Below, in pieces: positions 20,770 through 31,282 of a DNA stretch of 56,815 bases. The notes beneath the pieces are model-generated. The model had not been told where the DNA came from. It saw nothing but the letters and a program-made list of their open reading frames with translations, and made no database searches. This DNA is from Dehalococcoidia bacterium (GTDB lineage: Bacteria; Chloroflexota; Dehalococcoidia; Lucifugimonadales; GCA-2717565): positions 1 to 56,815 of the forward strand of contig SHYH01000003.1 of the NCBI GenBank assembly GCA_009692865.1. Reading direction: 5' to 3'. Within the stretch, counting starts at the first letter, position 1. Each line of letters starts with the position of its first letter. The position numbers were made by a program, and so were the translations under genes.

Positions 20770-21710
20770 TGGCCCGCTCCAGCGCGACGTCGTATGCGCG
20801 GGTCGAGGAACCCGTAGGCGATGTCCACCAAGATGTTGGCTGCCACAAAGGAGGCGGCGATGATGAGGGTGATGGCCATGATGATGGGGTAGTCCCGAGC
20901 GAAGATGGAGTCCAGGGCCAGCCGGCCCACACCCGGGATGCCAAAGAGGGTCTCGGTGATGAAGGCGCCCTCAGCCAGGGTTCCCAGGGACAGGCCCACC
21001 ACGGTGACCACGGGGGTCAGGGCGTTGCGCAGCACGTGGCGGCGCTGGATCAGCATCTCAGGCAACCCCTTGGCGCGAGCCGTGCGGATGTAGTCCTGCC
21101 CCAAGACATCCAGGGTGCTGGCCCTTAGGAGCCGTGCGATAACGGCGGTGCCGGGGAGGCCCATCACCAGGGCGGGCAGCACAATGGAGGAGCTGAAGAG
21201 GCCGTTCCATCCCGAGGTGGGCAGGATGTCCAGATTGAGGGCGAAGACGAGGATCAAAAAGGGCGCCGTGATGAAAACAGGCAGGGACATGAAGAGGAGG
21301 GTGAAGCTGACGATGGCGGTGTCCAGCCAGGTGCCCTGGCGCAAGGCCGCCATCAGTCCCAGGGGCAGTCCCACCGCCAGGGCTATCGCTAAGGCGGCGA
21401 TCCCCAGCTGGGCGGAGATCCACATCTTCTGAAGGATCAGGGGCCTGACGGGCTGTCCCGGATACTTGAAACTCTCGCCCAGATCTCCCCGAAGAACTTT
21501 GCCCAGGTAGTCCCCGTATTGCACCCAGAATGGGCGGTCCAGCCCCCGCTCATGGCGGATGCGTTCGGCCACCTCCTGGTTCATGCGCTGGCCCAGGAGG
21601 ACCTCCACCGGGTCGCCCGGCCCATAGCTGCCAAGGGTGAACACCAAGAGGCTCACGATGAGCAGAAGGAAGGGGGTCCAGATCAATCGCCTGGCGATGT
21701 AGCTTAACAC
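20766..21710 (-). CDS. oppB: Peptide ABC transporter permease (OppB/DppB)
   Basis: PGDP, GDLGES, DYIRTARAKG, RDYP, LDPRI. Confidence 0.95.
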   Translation of the reverse strand: MLSYIARRLIWTPFLLLIVSLLVFTLGSYGPGDPVEVLLGQRMNQEVAERIRHERGLDRPFWVQYGDYLGKVLRGDLGESFKYPGQPVRPLILQKMWISAQLGIAALAIALAVGLPLGLMAALRQGTWLDTAIVSFTLLFMSLPVFITAPFLILVFALNLDILPTSGWNGLFSSSIVLPALVMGLPGTAVIARLLRASTLDVLGQDYIRTARAKGLPEMLIQRRHVLRNALTPVVTVVGLSLGTLAEGAFITETLFGIPGVGRLALDSIFARDYPIIMAITLIIAASFVAANILVDIAYGFLDPRIRRRAGAGQ

Positions 21711-21716
21711 GCCCGC

Positions 21717-22088
21717 TCATCCTTCGACTCTCAAGCCGCAGTGGATGCAGACTATGGCCCCCTTGATCATCCCCTCTTTGCACTCAGGGCAAGGCTCCCT
21801 TGGCTTGTCAATAAGAGCTAGTGCCATTAGTGCCCAAAGGGTGAGAAAGAATGCCGCGATCCCCCACTTCGTGCGGCTCCGCAATTTTTTGGGGGCGAGC
21901 CATAACACTAATGGCATAGCGATCACTAGCTGAATCAGCCAAATGGCTAGTAACCAGCGTCCAAAGACCAAAGCCAAAGCCCCATCAAATATACTCCCCC
22001 CCGCAAAGCTTATCGCCAGCAATGCCACCGGCCAATTTGCAATCCAGGCCAGCACAAACCCAAGGATCCACGCAATCGCCGGGTTCAT
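21717..22088 (-). CDS. Small membrane protein with C-terminal zinc ribbon
   Basis: Three hydrophobic segments then CPEC...CIHCG; lower GC than flanks. Confidence 0.7.
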   Translation of the reverse strand: MNPAIAWILGFVLAWIANWPVALLAISFAGGSIFDGALALVFGRWLLAIWLIQLVIAMPLVLWLAPKKLRSRTKWGIAAFFLTLWALMALALIDKPREPCPECKEGMIKGAIVCIHCGLRVEG

Positions 22089-22150
22089 TGCGCACCTCTG
22101 CTACTTCGATGCGTATAGTCGTGGGCCCGATATCGTAGCATCATGCCAGT

Positions 22151-23821
22151 TCAGCCCTTGTCAATCCACACGTCCTTGAGTTTGGGCAGGGTCATGGGGG
22201 TGAACCGGTACCCCTTGACGTAGGGCTTGACGAGGGCCTTCTGCTCGCCCGTGTACCAGAGAGGGATGATGAAGGCCTCTTCGGTGATGAGGCGCTCCGC
22301 ATCCTGGTAGAGCTGAAGACGCCGCTGGACGTTTTGCTCCACCCGTGCCTGCTCCAGAAGGAGGTCCACCTGGGCGTTAGCATAGGCCCCGTGGTTGACC
22401 TCGCTCTGGGAGTGGAACAGGATGTCCAGGAAGTTCTCGGGGTCTGGGTAGTCGGCCTGCCATCCCAGTCCGGCGTAGAGCTGCATGCTCCGGCGATTGA
22501 GCTCCTGGAGGTAGGTGGCCCACTCCACCTGGCGGATCTCCACTTCGATGCCCAGGGTCTGCCTCCACAACTCGATGACCACCTCCAGGTCCAGGCCTGC
22601 GGAGCCGCCCGTGCCGGGAACCGTCAGAACGACGCTCTTGGGAAAGTTCCCCTTGGAGGGATCGTACTTGGACGCCCGAAGAAGGGCCTTGGCCCTCTCG
22701 GCGTCAAAGCGAATTCCCTGGAGCTGGGCATTGTAGCCTGGGAAGCCCGGCGGCAGGATGCTGTAGGCGGGGACATCCAATCCTCCCAGCACCTCGGAGG
22801 CGATGAGCTCCTTGTTGATGGCGTAGGTCATGGCCTGGCGCACCTTGATGTCGTCAAAGGGTGGCGTGGTGATGCTGAAGCCGATGTAGGAGAGGGAGAA
22901 CTGGGGCGCCGCCGTCACCAACTCCTTGTTCAGGGGGCTTGCGGGGTCCTCCACCCGCGAAAGGGCGTCCAGGCCCACCCCCGCCAGGTCGATCTCGCCG
23001 TTTTCGTACATGGCCATGGAGCTGCCGCCGCGCAGGATGAACTCGACGCGATCCAGATAGGGCGCCCCGCCGTAGTACCCGTCGTTCCGCTCCAGGTTCA
23101 CGATGTCGCCGATGCGGTATTCCTTGACCTTGAAGGGGCCGGTGCCGTTGGGCGCCTGGGCCCAGCGGTTCCCCAGCTTCTCGATGTTCTCCTTGTCCAC
23201 CACAAAGGCGGTGGGGAAGGTCAGCTTGGCCAGAATGTACACCTTGGGGGCATCCACCTTAATGCGCAGGGTGTAATCGTCCAGGACCTGGACGCCGCTG
23301 ACCGCGTTGGCCTGGCCTCGCAGATGCTCTTTAGCACCAACGATGTCCCCCAGATAGGTCTGGGCCACGGGCGATTGGGTGCGAGGGTCCGTGGCCCGTT
23401 CCAGGGAGTACTTGAAATCGCGAGCCGTCAGCCTCTTGCCGTTGTGGAACCTCACGTCGTCTCTCAGGTGAAAGGTGTAGGTGGTCCCGCTGTCGGCTAT
23501 CTCCCATCCCTTGGCGATGTCGGGGATGATCTGAAGGTCAGAGCTGATGGCCACCAGGCCGCTGAACACCTCCACCACGATGGCGGCGGAGCTAGTGTCC
23601 TGGGCCAGGTGGGGGTCCAAGGTTGGGGGCTCCGCCCAGAGGCGGCGGAAGACCCCTCCCCTGCGGGGCTGCCCCCCTGATGGGGAACCTGACGTGGCAG
23701 TCGGGGTAGGAGTGAGAGAACCGCTTGTCTTGGTTGGGGTTGAGGCAGGGGCCGCAGACTCTCCATGGCAGGCCAGGGCGGCCAGGATCAGGAAAACCAG
23801 CAGGACCGACAGTCTTTTCAT
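22151..23821 (-). CDS. oppA: Peptide ABC transporter substrate-binding lipoprotein (family 5)
   Basis: Lipobox LAALAC, EPPTLDP, FHNG..LTA.DFKYS, GTGPF, W.ADYPDPENFL. Confidence 0.93.
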   Translation of the reverse strand: MKRLSVLLVFLILAALACHGESAAPASTPTKTSGSLTPTPTATSGSPSGGQPRRGGVFRRLWAEPPTLDPHLAQDTSSAAIVVEVFSGLVAISSDLQIIPDIAKGWEIADSGTTYTFHLRDDVRFHNGKRLTARDFKYSLERATDPRTQSPVAQTYLGDIVGAKEHLRGQANAVSGVQVLDDYTLRIKVDAPKVYILAKLTFPTAFVVDKENIEKLGNRWAQAPNGTGPFKVKEYRIGDIVNLERNDGYYGGAPYLDRVEFILRGGSSMAMYENGEIDLAGVGLDALSRVEDPASPLNKELVTAAPQFSLSYIGFSITTPPFDDIKVRQAMTYAINKELIASEVLGGLDVPAYSILPPGFPGYNAQLQGIRFDAERAKALLRASKYDPSKGNFPKSVVLTVPGTGGSAGLDLEVVIELWRQTLGIEVEIRQVEWATYLQELNRRSMQLYAGLGWQADYPDPENFLDILFHSQSEVNHGAYANAQVDLLLEQARVEQNVQRRLQLYQDAERLITEEAFIIPLWYTGEQKALVKPYVKGYRFTPMTLPKLKDVWIDKG

Positions 23822-23879
23822 TACCCCACCGTTCTACCGTTGTGCTAGGACTTCCTTGCGAAACGCGCGGTATGGGAAA

Positions 23880-23942
23880 CCGCTCATGGTGAGCTTGTCG
23901 AACCACGAGCGGCTCGCCCTTCGACAGGCTCAGGGTGAGCGG
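23880..23942. repeat. GAGCTTGTCGAA/TTCGACAGGCTC inverted-repeat unit (family D)
   Basis: CCGCTCATGGTGAGCTTGTCGAACCACGAGCGG...CCCTTCGACAGGCTCAGGGTGAGCGG. Confidence 0.7.
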
Positions 23943-23985
23943 GGTTGAGACGGACCTCCTGCACGCGAACCTACACAACCAAGCA

Positions 23986-25135
23986 TTAGGTGGGATTCCT
24001 TGTCCCTTTTGCAGGAGCGGAAGGCCCTGACTCCTGGGAGCGGAGGGCGTACAGCAGATAGGCCTGGATCAGCTCGTCCAGGTCCCCTTCCAGCACCCGC
24101 TGGGTGTCGGGCGTCTCGTAGCCTGTGCGGTGGTCCTTGACCATCTGATAGGGATGGAGCACGTAACTGCGGGCCTGGTTGCCGAACTCAGGCGCGATGT
24201 GCTGCCCCTTCAATTGGGCCTGCTCCTCGGCTCGGCGCTGAAGCTCCAGGTCCATGACTCGAGCCCGCAGTATCTTGAGGGCGAACTCCTTGTTCTGGCG
24301 CTGAGAGCGCTCGTTCTGGCAGGTGACCACAATGCCCGTGGGGAGGTGGGTGATCCGGACGGCGGTGGAGGTCTTCTGAACGTTCTGGCCGCCGTGGCCG
24401 CCGGCCCGAAAGGCGTCAATACGCAGATCCTCGGGCCGCAGGGTCACGTCGGTCTGCTCCTCCACCTCGGGCAGGCCCTCCACCAGGGCGAAGGAGGTTT
24501 GGCGCTGGTCGTAGTCGGAGTAGGGAGAGATGCGCACCAGCCGGTGCACCCCTCGCTCGGCCTTCAGGTACCCGTAGGCGTACTTGCCCTTCACGCCCAA
24601 GACCACTCGCTTGATCCCGGTGAGCTCCTCTCCTGGGGACATGTCCATAATCTCGGTCTCATACCCATGCCGCTCGGCCCAGCCAATGTACATGCGCATC
24701 AGGATATTCACCCAGTCCTGGGAGTCCGTGCCGCCGGCGCCGGAGTGGATGGCCAGAATGGCGTTGCGTGCGTCGTACTCCCCAGACAGGGTTGCCTGAA
24801 ACTCCAGAGAGGCTATCCTTGAGGTGATGGACCGGCTCTCGGCTTCCAGGGAGTCCCGCAGAGAGAAGTCCGCCTCCTGCACGGCCAACTCGATGAGCTC
24901 CTGGAGCGACTTGGCCTCCTGCTCCAGCACCCGCCAAGTGGTTACCTCCTCCTTCAGGTGGGCCAACTGGCGGAAGAGGCGTTGGGCATCTTGAGGGTTA
25001 TCCCACAGATCGGGCCGCTCGACCTGCTCCTCTAGCTGTACAACGGTCTGCTCTTTCGTGGCCAGGTCAAAGATACACCGCCATCCGCTGAATACGTTGT
25101 TGCATCTCCTCAACCTGGGTCTTCACATCGTTCAT
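23986..25135 (-). CDS. prfB: Peptide chain release factor 2 with programmed +1 frameshift
   Basis: ATG 25135 reads 22 codons to TAT CTT TGA C (25066-25072); +1 frame gives DLATKE..., SPY and GGQ motifs. Confidence 0.96.
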
Positions 25136-25386
25136 GGTCGCTTGTTGACTCCCCTACAATGAAATAAAGAGTAAGCAGAGCGTGCCCTGCACCCACGCGC
25201 CGGAAGGCCTGGCAGTACCGACTGCTCCTATTATAGCAGGGCGCGATGGACTCCTTTTGAGCTTTTCTCCTTCCCGAATAGGGAACGTAGACATCTTACC
25301 CAGGCGGCCGAGGCCATGCGTGTCCGGGGCGTGTACCCGTAAGCCATGCTATAATCCCCGTGTATTCACTAGGGGAAAGCCACTTC

Positions 25387-25938
25387 GTGCCCAAGATTTA
25401 CACTCGCTACGGTGACCAGGGCCAGACAGGGCTCCTGTATGGTGGCCGCGTCTCCAAGGCTGACCCGCGCTGTGAGGCCTACGGGACCACCGACGAGGCC
25501 GTCTCTGCCCTGGGCCTGGCCCGGGCCCTGAGCAACGACCCGCGGGTGAAGGAGATCATTCTCCAGGTGCAGCGGGAGCTGTTCACTGTGGGGGCGGAGC
25601 TGGCCACGGACCCGACGGGGTATCAGACCTTCCTCAAACACTTCCAGCCCACCACGGCGGAGATGGTGACGCGCCTCGAGCAGCTCATCGACCAGCTCAA
25701 CGAGGAGCTGACCCTGCCCCGGTCCTTCATCATCCCGGGCGCCTCGCCCGCCTCTGCGGCCCTGGACATGGCCCGCTCCACCCTGCGGAGGGCCGAACGT
25801 CGGGTGGTGGATCTGAAGGAGAAGGGGCTGCTGGTTAACGACGAGGTGCTGCGATACCTGAACCGTCTGGCGGACATGCTGTTCATTCTGGCCCGCTACC
25901 AGGACCGGGACCTGCCCCTAGAGGTCCTCACAGGGTGA
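25387..25938 (+). CDS. PduO-type cob(I)alamin adenosyltransferase
   Basis: KIYTRYGD.G.T, YGT.DE, RRAER, YLNRLAD.LF. Confidence 0.93.
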   Translation: MPKIYTRYGDQGQTGLLYGGRVSKADPRCEAYGTTDEAVSALGLARALSNDPRVKEIILQVQRELFTVGAELATDPTGYQTFLKHFQPTTAEMVTRLEQLIDQLNEELTLPRSFIIPGASPASAALDMARSTLRRAERRVVDLKEKGLLVNDEVLRYLNRLADMLFILARYQDRDLPLEVLTG

Positions 25939-26555
25939 TGGGGAAGGAACTGGTCATTGTCGACTATCAGGCGGGAAACCTGCGCAGCGTTGTCCGCGCC
26001 CTGGAGGCGGTAGGGGCTCACCCTTCTATCACCAGTGATCCCGACGAAGTGCGCCAGGCGCGGGCGGTGGTGCTGCCAGGCCAGGGGGCCTGTGACTCGG
26101 CCATGGTGGCCCTGGAGGCCAGCCAGCTCACCTCCGCAGTCAAGCAGGTCATCCAGTCGGGGCGCCCCTTCCTGGGCGTATGCCTCGGCCTTCAGCTGCT
26201 CCTGGACTTCACCGAGGAGGGGAACGTGCCCTGCCTCGGCATCTTCCCCGGGCGGGTGCGCCGGTTACCACCGGGGCTGAAAGTGCCCCACATGGGCTGG
26301 AACCAGGTCCACGTTGTGAAGGACCACCCCGTTTTGAGAGACATCCCCCAAGACTCGTACTTTTACTTTGTCCACAGCTACTATGCGGACCCGGAGGACT
26401 CTTCTCTGGTGGCCGGGACTACGTCCTACGGCGTCTCCTTCTGCGCAGCCGTGGCTCACGACCGCCTGGTAGCCACCCAGTTCCACCCAGAGAAGAGCGG
26501 CCCTGCGGGTCTCCAAATCTACCGCAACTTCGTAGCCTACGCCAAGGAAGACTGA
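25938..26555 (+). CDS. hisH: Imidazole glycerol phosphate synthase glutaminase subunit
   Basis: GNLRSV, GVCLGLQ, VPHMGWN, YFVHSY, QFHPEKS. Confidence 0.97.
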   Translation: MGKELVIVDYQAGNLRSVVRALEAVGAHPSITSDPDEVRQARAVVLPGQGACDSAMVALEASQLTSAVKQVIQSGRPFLGVCLGLQLLLDFTEEGNVPCLGIFPGRVRRLPPGLKVPHMGWNQVHVVKDHPVLRDIPQDSYFYFVHSYYADPEDSSLVAGTTSYGVSFCAAVAHDRLVATQFHPEKSGPAGLQIYRNFVAYAKED

Positions 26556-26619
26556 GAAGGTAAAGTCCTGTTCGAGCCACCAATTCAGCTTTGGAGCAGG
26601 TTGAGGAAAGCGTTGAGTG

Positions 26620-26718
26620 TTACAAGTTCTTTCGGAGAGGTCTGGGGAACCCTTTCTTGCAAAAAAGGGTTCCCCAGGAGCCCTTCCCAAAGAACTCTCG
26701 CCCTTTACTCGTCCGGGG
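26620..26718 (+). repeat. Repeat family B, copy 1
   Basis: GTTCTTTCGGAGAGG..TGGGGAACCC(T)TTCTTGCAA.AAAGGGTTCCCCA; second copy at 38558. Confidence 0.85.
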
Positions 26719-26734
26719 CGGAGTACGCCAGCTC

Positions 26735-27463
26735 ATGGAAGTGATTCCCGCCATTGACCTCAAGGACGGGAAGTGCGTCCGGCTTTATCAAGGCGACTTC
26801 CAGCAGGTCCAGGTGTTCTCAGAGGACCCCCTGGCGGTGGCCAGGGCCTTTCAACAGGCAGGCGCCCCTCGCCTGCACATCGTGGACCTGGACGGAGCGG
26901 CGGCTGGAGCGCCGGTGAGCCTGGAGTTGTACCGGGCCATCGTGAAAGGGGTGTCCATCCCTGTCCAGGTGGGTGGGGGTATCAGGGACGCCGAAACTGC
27001 TGCCCAGGTCCTGGAGGCCGGGGTCACGCGTCTGGTGCTGGGGACCTCCGCTGTGAAGGAGCCCCGCCTGGTGGAGCACCTCTGCCGAGAGTACGCCGGC
27101 GAAGCCATTCTCGTTTCCCTTGACGCCAGAAACGGGCGGGTGGCCGTCCGGGGTTGGAAGGAAACGACGACTGTGCCTGCCCTGGAGCTTTTGCACCAGA
27201 TGGCGGCCCTCGGCGTGAAGCGGTTCGTCTACACCGACATCGCTCGGGACGGCACCCTGACCGAGCCCAACTGGGAGGCCCTCAGGGCTGTCGTCCAAGA
27301 GGCCCGATCCCTGGGGGTGGCGATGGTCAGCGCGGGGGGCGTTTCCACCGTTGATCACGTCAAGCGCCTGGCTGCCCTGGGGGTGGAGGCAGCTATCATC
27401 GGCAGGGCCCTCTACACCGGGGCCCTCTCTCTTCAGAACGCCCTGGCTGCAGCGGCAGCCTGA
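26735..27463 (+). CDS. hisA: ProFAR isomerase
   Basis: IPAIDL..G.CVRL.QG, HIVDLDGA, VGGGIR, TDI.RDG. Confidence 0.97.
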   Translation: MEVIPAIDLKDGKCVRLYQGDFQQVQVFSEDPLAVARAFQQAGAPRLHIVDLDGAAAGAPVSLELYRAIVKGVSIPVQVGGGIRDAETAAQVLEAGVTRLVLGTSAVKEPRLVEHLCREYAGEAILVSLDARNGRVAVRGWKETTTVPALELLHQMAALGVKRFVYTDIARDGTLTEPNWEALRAVVQEARSLGVAMVSAGGVSTVDHVKRLAALGVEAAIIGRALYTGALSLQNALAAAAA

Positions 27464-27552
27464 CCCAGAGTGGAGCCTCCTGGCCTCCTTTCCTTTAGGG
27501 TATACTGAACGCGGTATCTGTCCCTCGCCAATTCCACCTGTAAGGCGGTTTG

Positions 27553-28134
27553 ATGCTTCAACAAAGGGATCCGCGACAATTGGAGACGCTTATGGGGTCA
27601 TCGCAGGGTGACCTGCTGGACCCCACTCATCTGCTGGCCCTCTTGCCCTTGCGTCCCTATCAGGTCGTTGCCGACATCGGTTGCGGCGCCGGGTTCTTCA
27701 CCATCGCATTGGCTAAATACCTTTTCGATGGCAGGGTCTACGCCGTGGACGCCGATCAGGAGATGCTGGACGCCCTGGGGGGAAAGCTTCGTGATGTTCG
27801 CCTCAACAACGTCAAGCTGGTGCGCTCCGCGAAGGAAAGCCTTGGCTTGCAAGAGGACAGCTTGGATGGAGTCCTGCTCGCCTTTGTCCTCCACGGTGTG
27901 CCGGACAAGAAGGCCGTGGTGAGCCAGGTGCTCTCCTCCCTGCGGCGGGGCGGCTGGATGGCGGTCCTGGAGTGGCACAAGCAGCAGCCTGAGGAAAGCC
28001 CAGTGGGAGGCCCGCCTGTGGAGCAGCGCCTGCCTCTGCAAGAGGTGGAAGAGTTGGCTCGATCAGGGGGATTCCGCTCCCTGGAGCATCGGGACCTGAC
28101 CACCAGGCAATACATGGTGCTGGCGAGGAAGTAA
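27553..28134 (+). CDS. Class I SAM-dependent methyltransferase
   Basis: [22 protein letters not shown]. Confidence 0.85.
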   Translation: MLQQRDPRQLETLMGSSQGDLLDPTHLLALLPLRPYQVVADIGCGAGFFTIALAKYLFDGRVYAVDADQEMLDALGGKLRDVRLNNVKLVRSAKESLGLQEDSLDGVLLAFVLHGVPDKKAVVSQVLSSLRRGGWMAVLEWHKQQPEESPVGGPPVEQRLPLQEVEELARSGGFRSLEHRDLTTRQYMVLARK

Positions 28135-28138
28135 CAGC

Positions 28139-28963
28139 GTGCTTACCAGGCGCATCATTCCCTGTCTGGACGTGGACAGGGGGCGAGTGGTCAAGGGGGT
28201 CAGCTTTTTGAACCTGCGGGACGCCGGAGACCCCGCCGTGCTGGCTGCCTTTTACGACCGAGAGGGAGCCGACGAGCTGGTGCTCCTGGACATCACCGCC
28301 AGCGCAGAGGCTCGCGATATCATGGTGGAGGTGGTCCGCCGGGTGGCAGACCAGGTGTTCATCCCCTTCACCGTCGGTGGAGGCCTCCGCGCCCCCGAGG
28401 ACGTGCGTCGAATGCTGGAGGCGGGGGCCGACAAGATCTCTCTCAACACGTCTGCGATTGAGGACCCCCAACTGGTGGAGCGGTCGGCGCGGCGCTTCGG
28501 CAACCAGTGCATCGTGGTGGCTATTGACGCCAAGGCTGTCACTTCTGGTGTGCGTCCCGCTTCTGCGGAAGGCACCGTGGCCCTAGACCAGGCGTCCCGA
28601 TGGGAGGTTTACTCCCACGGAGGACGACGCCCCACGGGGATGGACGCCGTCAAGTGGGCGCGCCGGGCAACGGAGCTGGGAGCTGGAGAGGTCCTTCTCA
28701 CCAGCATGAACGCGGATGGCCACCAGGAGGGGTACGACCTGGCGTTGACTCGCGCCGTTGCTCAGGCGGTATCGGTCCCCGTCATCGCGAGCGGAGGCGC
28801 AGGCACTCTGGAGCACCTGCGGCAGGCGCTGGTGGAAGGCGAAGCCGATGCGGCCCTGGCCGCGAGCATCTTCCACTATGGCACGTACTCCATTGCTCAG
28901 GCGAAGACCTATTTGGCCCGGCACGGCGTGCCGGTGCGCCCCACTGCAGGGGTGAGCGTGTAG
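28139..28963 (+). CDS. hisF: Imidazole glycerol phosphate synthase cyclase subunit
   Basis: [40 protein letters not shown]. Confidence 0.97.
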   Translation: MLTRRIIPCLDVDRGRVVKGVSFLNLRDAGDPAVLAAFYDREGADELVLLDITASAEARDIMVEVVRRVADQVFIPFTVGGGLRAPEDVRRMLEAGADKISLNTSAIEDPQLVERSARRFGNQCIVVAIDAKAVTSGVRPASAEGTVALDQASRWEVYSHGGRRPTGMDAVKWARRATELGAGEVLLTSMNADGHQEGYDLALTRAVAQAVSVPVIASGGAGTLEHLRQALVEGEADAALAASIFHYGTYSIAQAKTYLARHGVPVRPTAGVSV

Positions 28964-29088
28964 CCGCCAGCAGGGCGTGCCCTGCACCCACAATGTCTGG
29001 GGCGTCGTTCACCGGTGGGCGAGACCTGCATGGCTGGGCTGCGTTTGGCCAGGCTAATGGAGGGGACGATGCGTCCCCCTCTGACATG

Positions 29089-29255
29089 CTCAGGGCTTGT
29101 GAGGAAATCTCCCTCTCCCTCACGGAGGGAGAGGGAGAGGGCGAGGGTGGAGGCCCCGATTCCATCGGGGCTCTGGAGACATTCCAACCCCCCCCCCTCA
29201 CTCTAACTCTCTCCCCCAATGGGGGCGAGAGGACAAAAATCACAAACTCTCTGAG
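29089..29255. mobile_element. MITE-like element carrying family C hairpins
   Basis: Imperfect terminal inverted repeats CTCAGGGCTTGTGA/TCACAAACTCTCTGAG enclosing CTCCCTCTCCCTC..GAGGGAGAGGGAG hairpins. Confidence 0.6.
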
Positions 29256-29336
29256 TGACGACCGTCGACAAGCGGACAAACATTTGATGAGGTAGTAAGG
29301 AGCAATCACAGAAATCCTGCGCTGAAGGAGGCACCT

Positions 29337-29492
29337 GTGTGGCGGTTATTGGAGTTGGCGTTGCTTGGGATCAGTCTCATCGCCGTCGGTATCATAATTT
29401 ACGGGTACTACCGGTCGGCGAGGAAGGCGGCGGAGCATAAGGATATGGAAAGCGATCTGTCGGACTTCTTGAAGGACAAGCGGAAGGAGTAA
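29337..29492 (+). CDS. 51-aa single-TM protein (absent from ORF track)
   Basis: AAGGAGG SD then GTG; MWRLLELALLGISLIAVGIIIYGYYRSARK...; ends 3 nt before SPFH start. Confidence 0.7.
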   Translation: MWRLLELALLGISLIAVGIIIYGYYRSARKAAEHKDMESDLSDFLKDKRKE

Positions 29493-29495
29493 CGG

Positions 29496-30443
29496 ATGTC
29501 ACCACTATTGCAGCTCGGAATTCTCGTCTTTGTCGTCATCATCGGTCTCCTCCTGACAGTGGACTTGAACAGCGTGCTCCAGGGGAAGACGATCAAGGTG
29601 CGTTGGTGGGGGCTGACGATCTCGGTGGTGCTGCTGTTTTCCACCTTCGCCGTCGAGGGCTCGGCGGGACAGGTCGGAGCCAGCGAACGGGGCATCGTCC
29701 TCCGCCTTGGGGCGACAACGGACCGCATCCTGCCGCCTGGGCTCTACTTTGTGACCCCGTTCATTGAGACCGTCGAGAGGATGGATATCCGGACCCATGC
29801 GTACGAGGCGCCGGCATCGGCGGCCTCCAAGGACTTGCAGGAGGTCAGCACGACGGTCACCATTAACTACAGGATCGATCCTACGCAGGTCACGAAGGTG
29901 TATGTCGATTTGCGCCGCGACTATGTCAACGTTGTCCTGAAGCCCTTCGTTCAGGAGGCCGTAAAGAGCGTGACCGCCGAGTACAATGCAGGCGACCTCA
30001 TCACGCTGCGGCCAAAGGTGCGGTCGCAGATTGAGGATAGCTTGAAGACCCGGGTAGGCCAGTATGGGGTCATCGTGGACAACGTGAGCATCACGGATTT
30101 CTCGTTTTCGAAGGTCTTCACCGACGCGATCGAGGCGAAGGTGGGTGCCGCGCAGGATGCCGAGCGCGCGAAGAATAAGCTCCTCCAAATAGAGGTTGAA
30201 GCGCAGCAGGCCAAGGCACAGGCGGAAGGCCAAAGGGACGCGACCATCGCGAGGGCCGAGGGGGAAGCTCAAGCCATCCTGAGAGTGGCGACAGCACAGG
30301 CCGAAGCGAACAAGCTCGTGGCGGAGACGCTCACGAAGGAGATCATCCTGTATGCCTACGTTCAAAAACTCGCCGATGGGACAAAGGTCATAATTCTGCC
30401 CAACGGGCAACAATTCATCTTACCTTCCGAGCTTGTCCACTAA
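29496..30443 (+). CDS. SPFH/prohibitin-family membrane protein
   Basis: GL.FV.PFIE, ASKDLQ, P..QE.VK.VTA.Y, AIEAK, AEGEA. Confidence 0.92.
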   Translation: MSPLLQLGILVFVVIIGLLLTVDLNSVLQGKTIKVRWWGLTISVVLLFSTFAVEGSAGQVGASERGIVLRLGATTDRILPPGLYFVTPFIETVERMDIRTHAYEAPASAASKDLQEVSTTVTINYRIDPTQVTKVYVDLRRDYVNVVLKPFVQEAVKSVTAEYNAGDLITLRPKVRSQIEDSLKTRVGQYGVIVDNVSITDFSFSKVFTDAIEAKVGAAQDAERAKNKLLQIEVEAQQAKAQAEGQRDATIARAEGEAQAILRVATAQAEANKLVAETLTKEIILYAYVQKLADGTKVIILPNGQQFILPSELVH

Positions 30444-30532
30444 GTGGCTGGAGCCAAGTTGACTCGTGCGGGTTGGGCTGCGCCCAAAAACCTGGGCGCA
30501 GCCTGAAGGTAGCCAGCGTAGGGAATAGGTAA

Positions 30533-31282
30533 ATGCAGTCTGTTCAGCCTCTCGGCTCCATCGCCAAGGCCGTCATCTTTGACGTCTACAACACTCTCTT
30601 CGACAACGGCCATGAGGCCTGGCTCGCTACCTTTCAGGCCCTCTGCCGGCAGCAGGCCCTCCCCATAGACCATCAGGAGCTGTACAGGCGGTGGAGGGCT
30701 ATGGAGGCAGAGACACGCAAGGTCCGGGTGAACCTGGAGGCCCCCGAGCTGAGCCCACCCTTTAAGCCCTACCGGGTCGTATGGGAGGAGTGCTTCGAGA
30801 GGCTGTTCGAGGAGCTTGGGTTGGACGGGGATGCTGCGGCAGCCAAGGCACGGGTGGTGGCGGACCTGGGACGCCGGGGCCTCTACCCGGAGAGCCTCGC
30901 GGTGGTGACCCGGCTCCATGCATCGTTCAAGACGGCCATCCTCTCCAACGCCGACGACTCGTTCCTGAAACCGCTCCTGGAGGCCACGCCCCTTCCCCTG
31001 GACGCCGTCATCTCCTCGGAGGCCGTCAGCGCGTACAAACCCCACCCTGTGGGGTTTCAGAGGATTCTGGAGGTGCTTCAGGTGGCACCCCAGGAGGCTG
31101 TTTTCGTAGGGGACACGGTGTACGATGATATTCTCGGCGCCCAGCGGGTGGGAATGCGTACGGTCCTGGTCAACTGGAGCGGCGCACCGGTGGACACCTC
31201 CCAGGCGAGGCCGGACTACCAGGTGACCAACCTGACCCAGCTCCTGGACCTTCTGCGCCCAGGAAAAGGAGGAGTTCTGTGA
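30533..31282 (+). CDS. HAD-superfamily hydrolase
   Basis: FDVYNTL, LSN, KP.P, VGD...DI.GA. Confidence 0.9.
   Translation: MQSVQPLGSIAKAVIFDVYNTLFDNGHEAWLATFQALCRQQALPIDHQELYRRWRAMEAETRKVRVNLEAPELSPPFKPYRVVWEECFERLFEELGLDGDAAAAKARVVADLGRRGLYPESLAVVTRLHASFKTAILSNADDSFLKPLLEATPLPLDAVISSEAVSAYKPHPVGFQRILEVLQVAPQEAVFVGDTVYDDILGAQRVGMRTVLVNWSGAPVDTSQARPDYQVTNLTQLLDLLRPGKGGVL

Noticed and set aside
18899-23680. Long alternative-frame or antisense ORFs (18899..20296, 22334..23680 and many similar)
   Set aside because: Shadow ORFs of high-GC genes with no recognisable motifs
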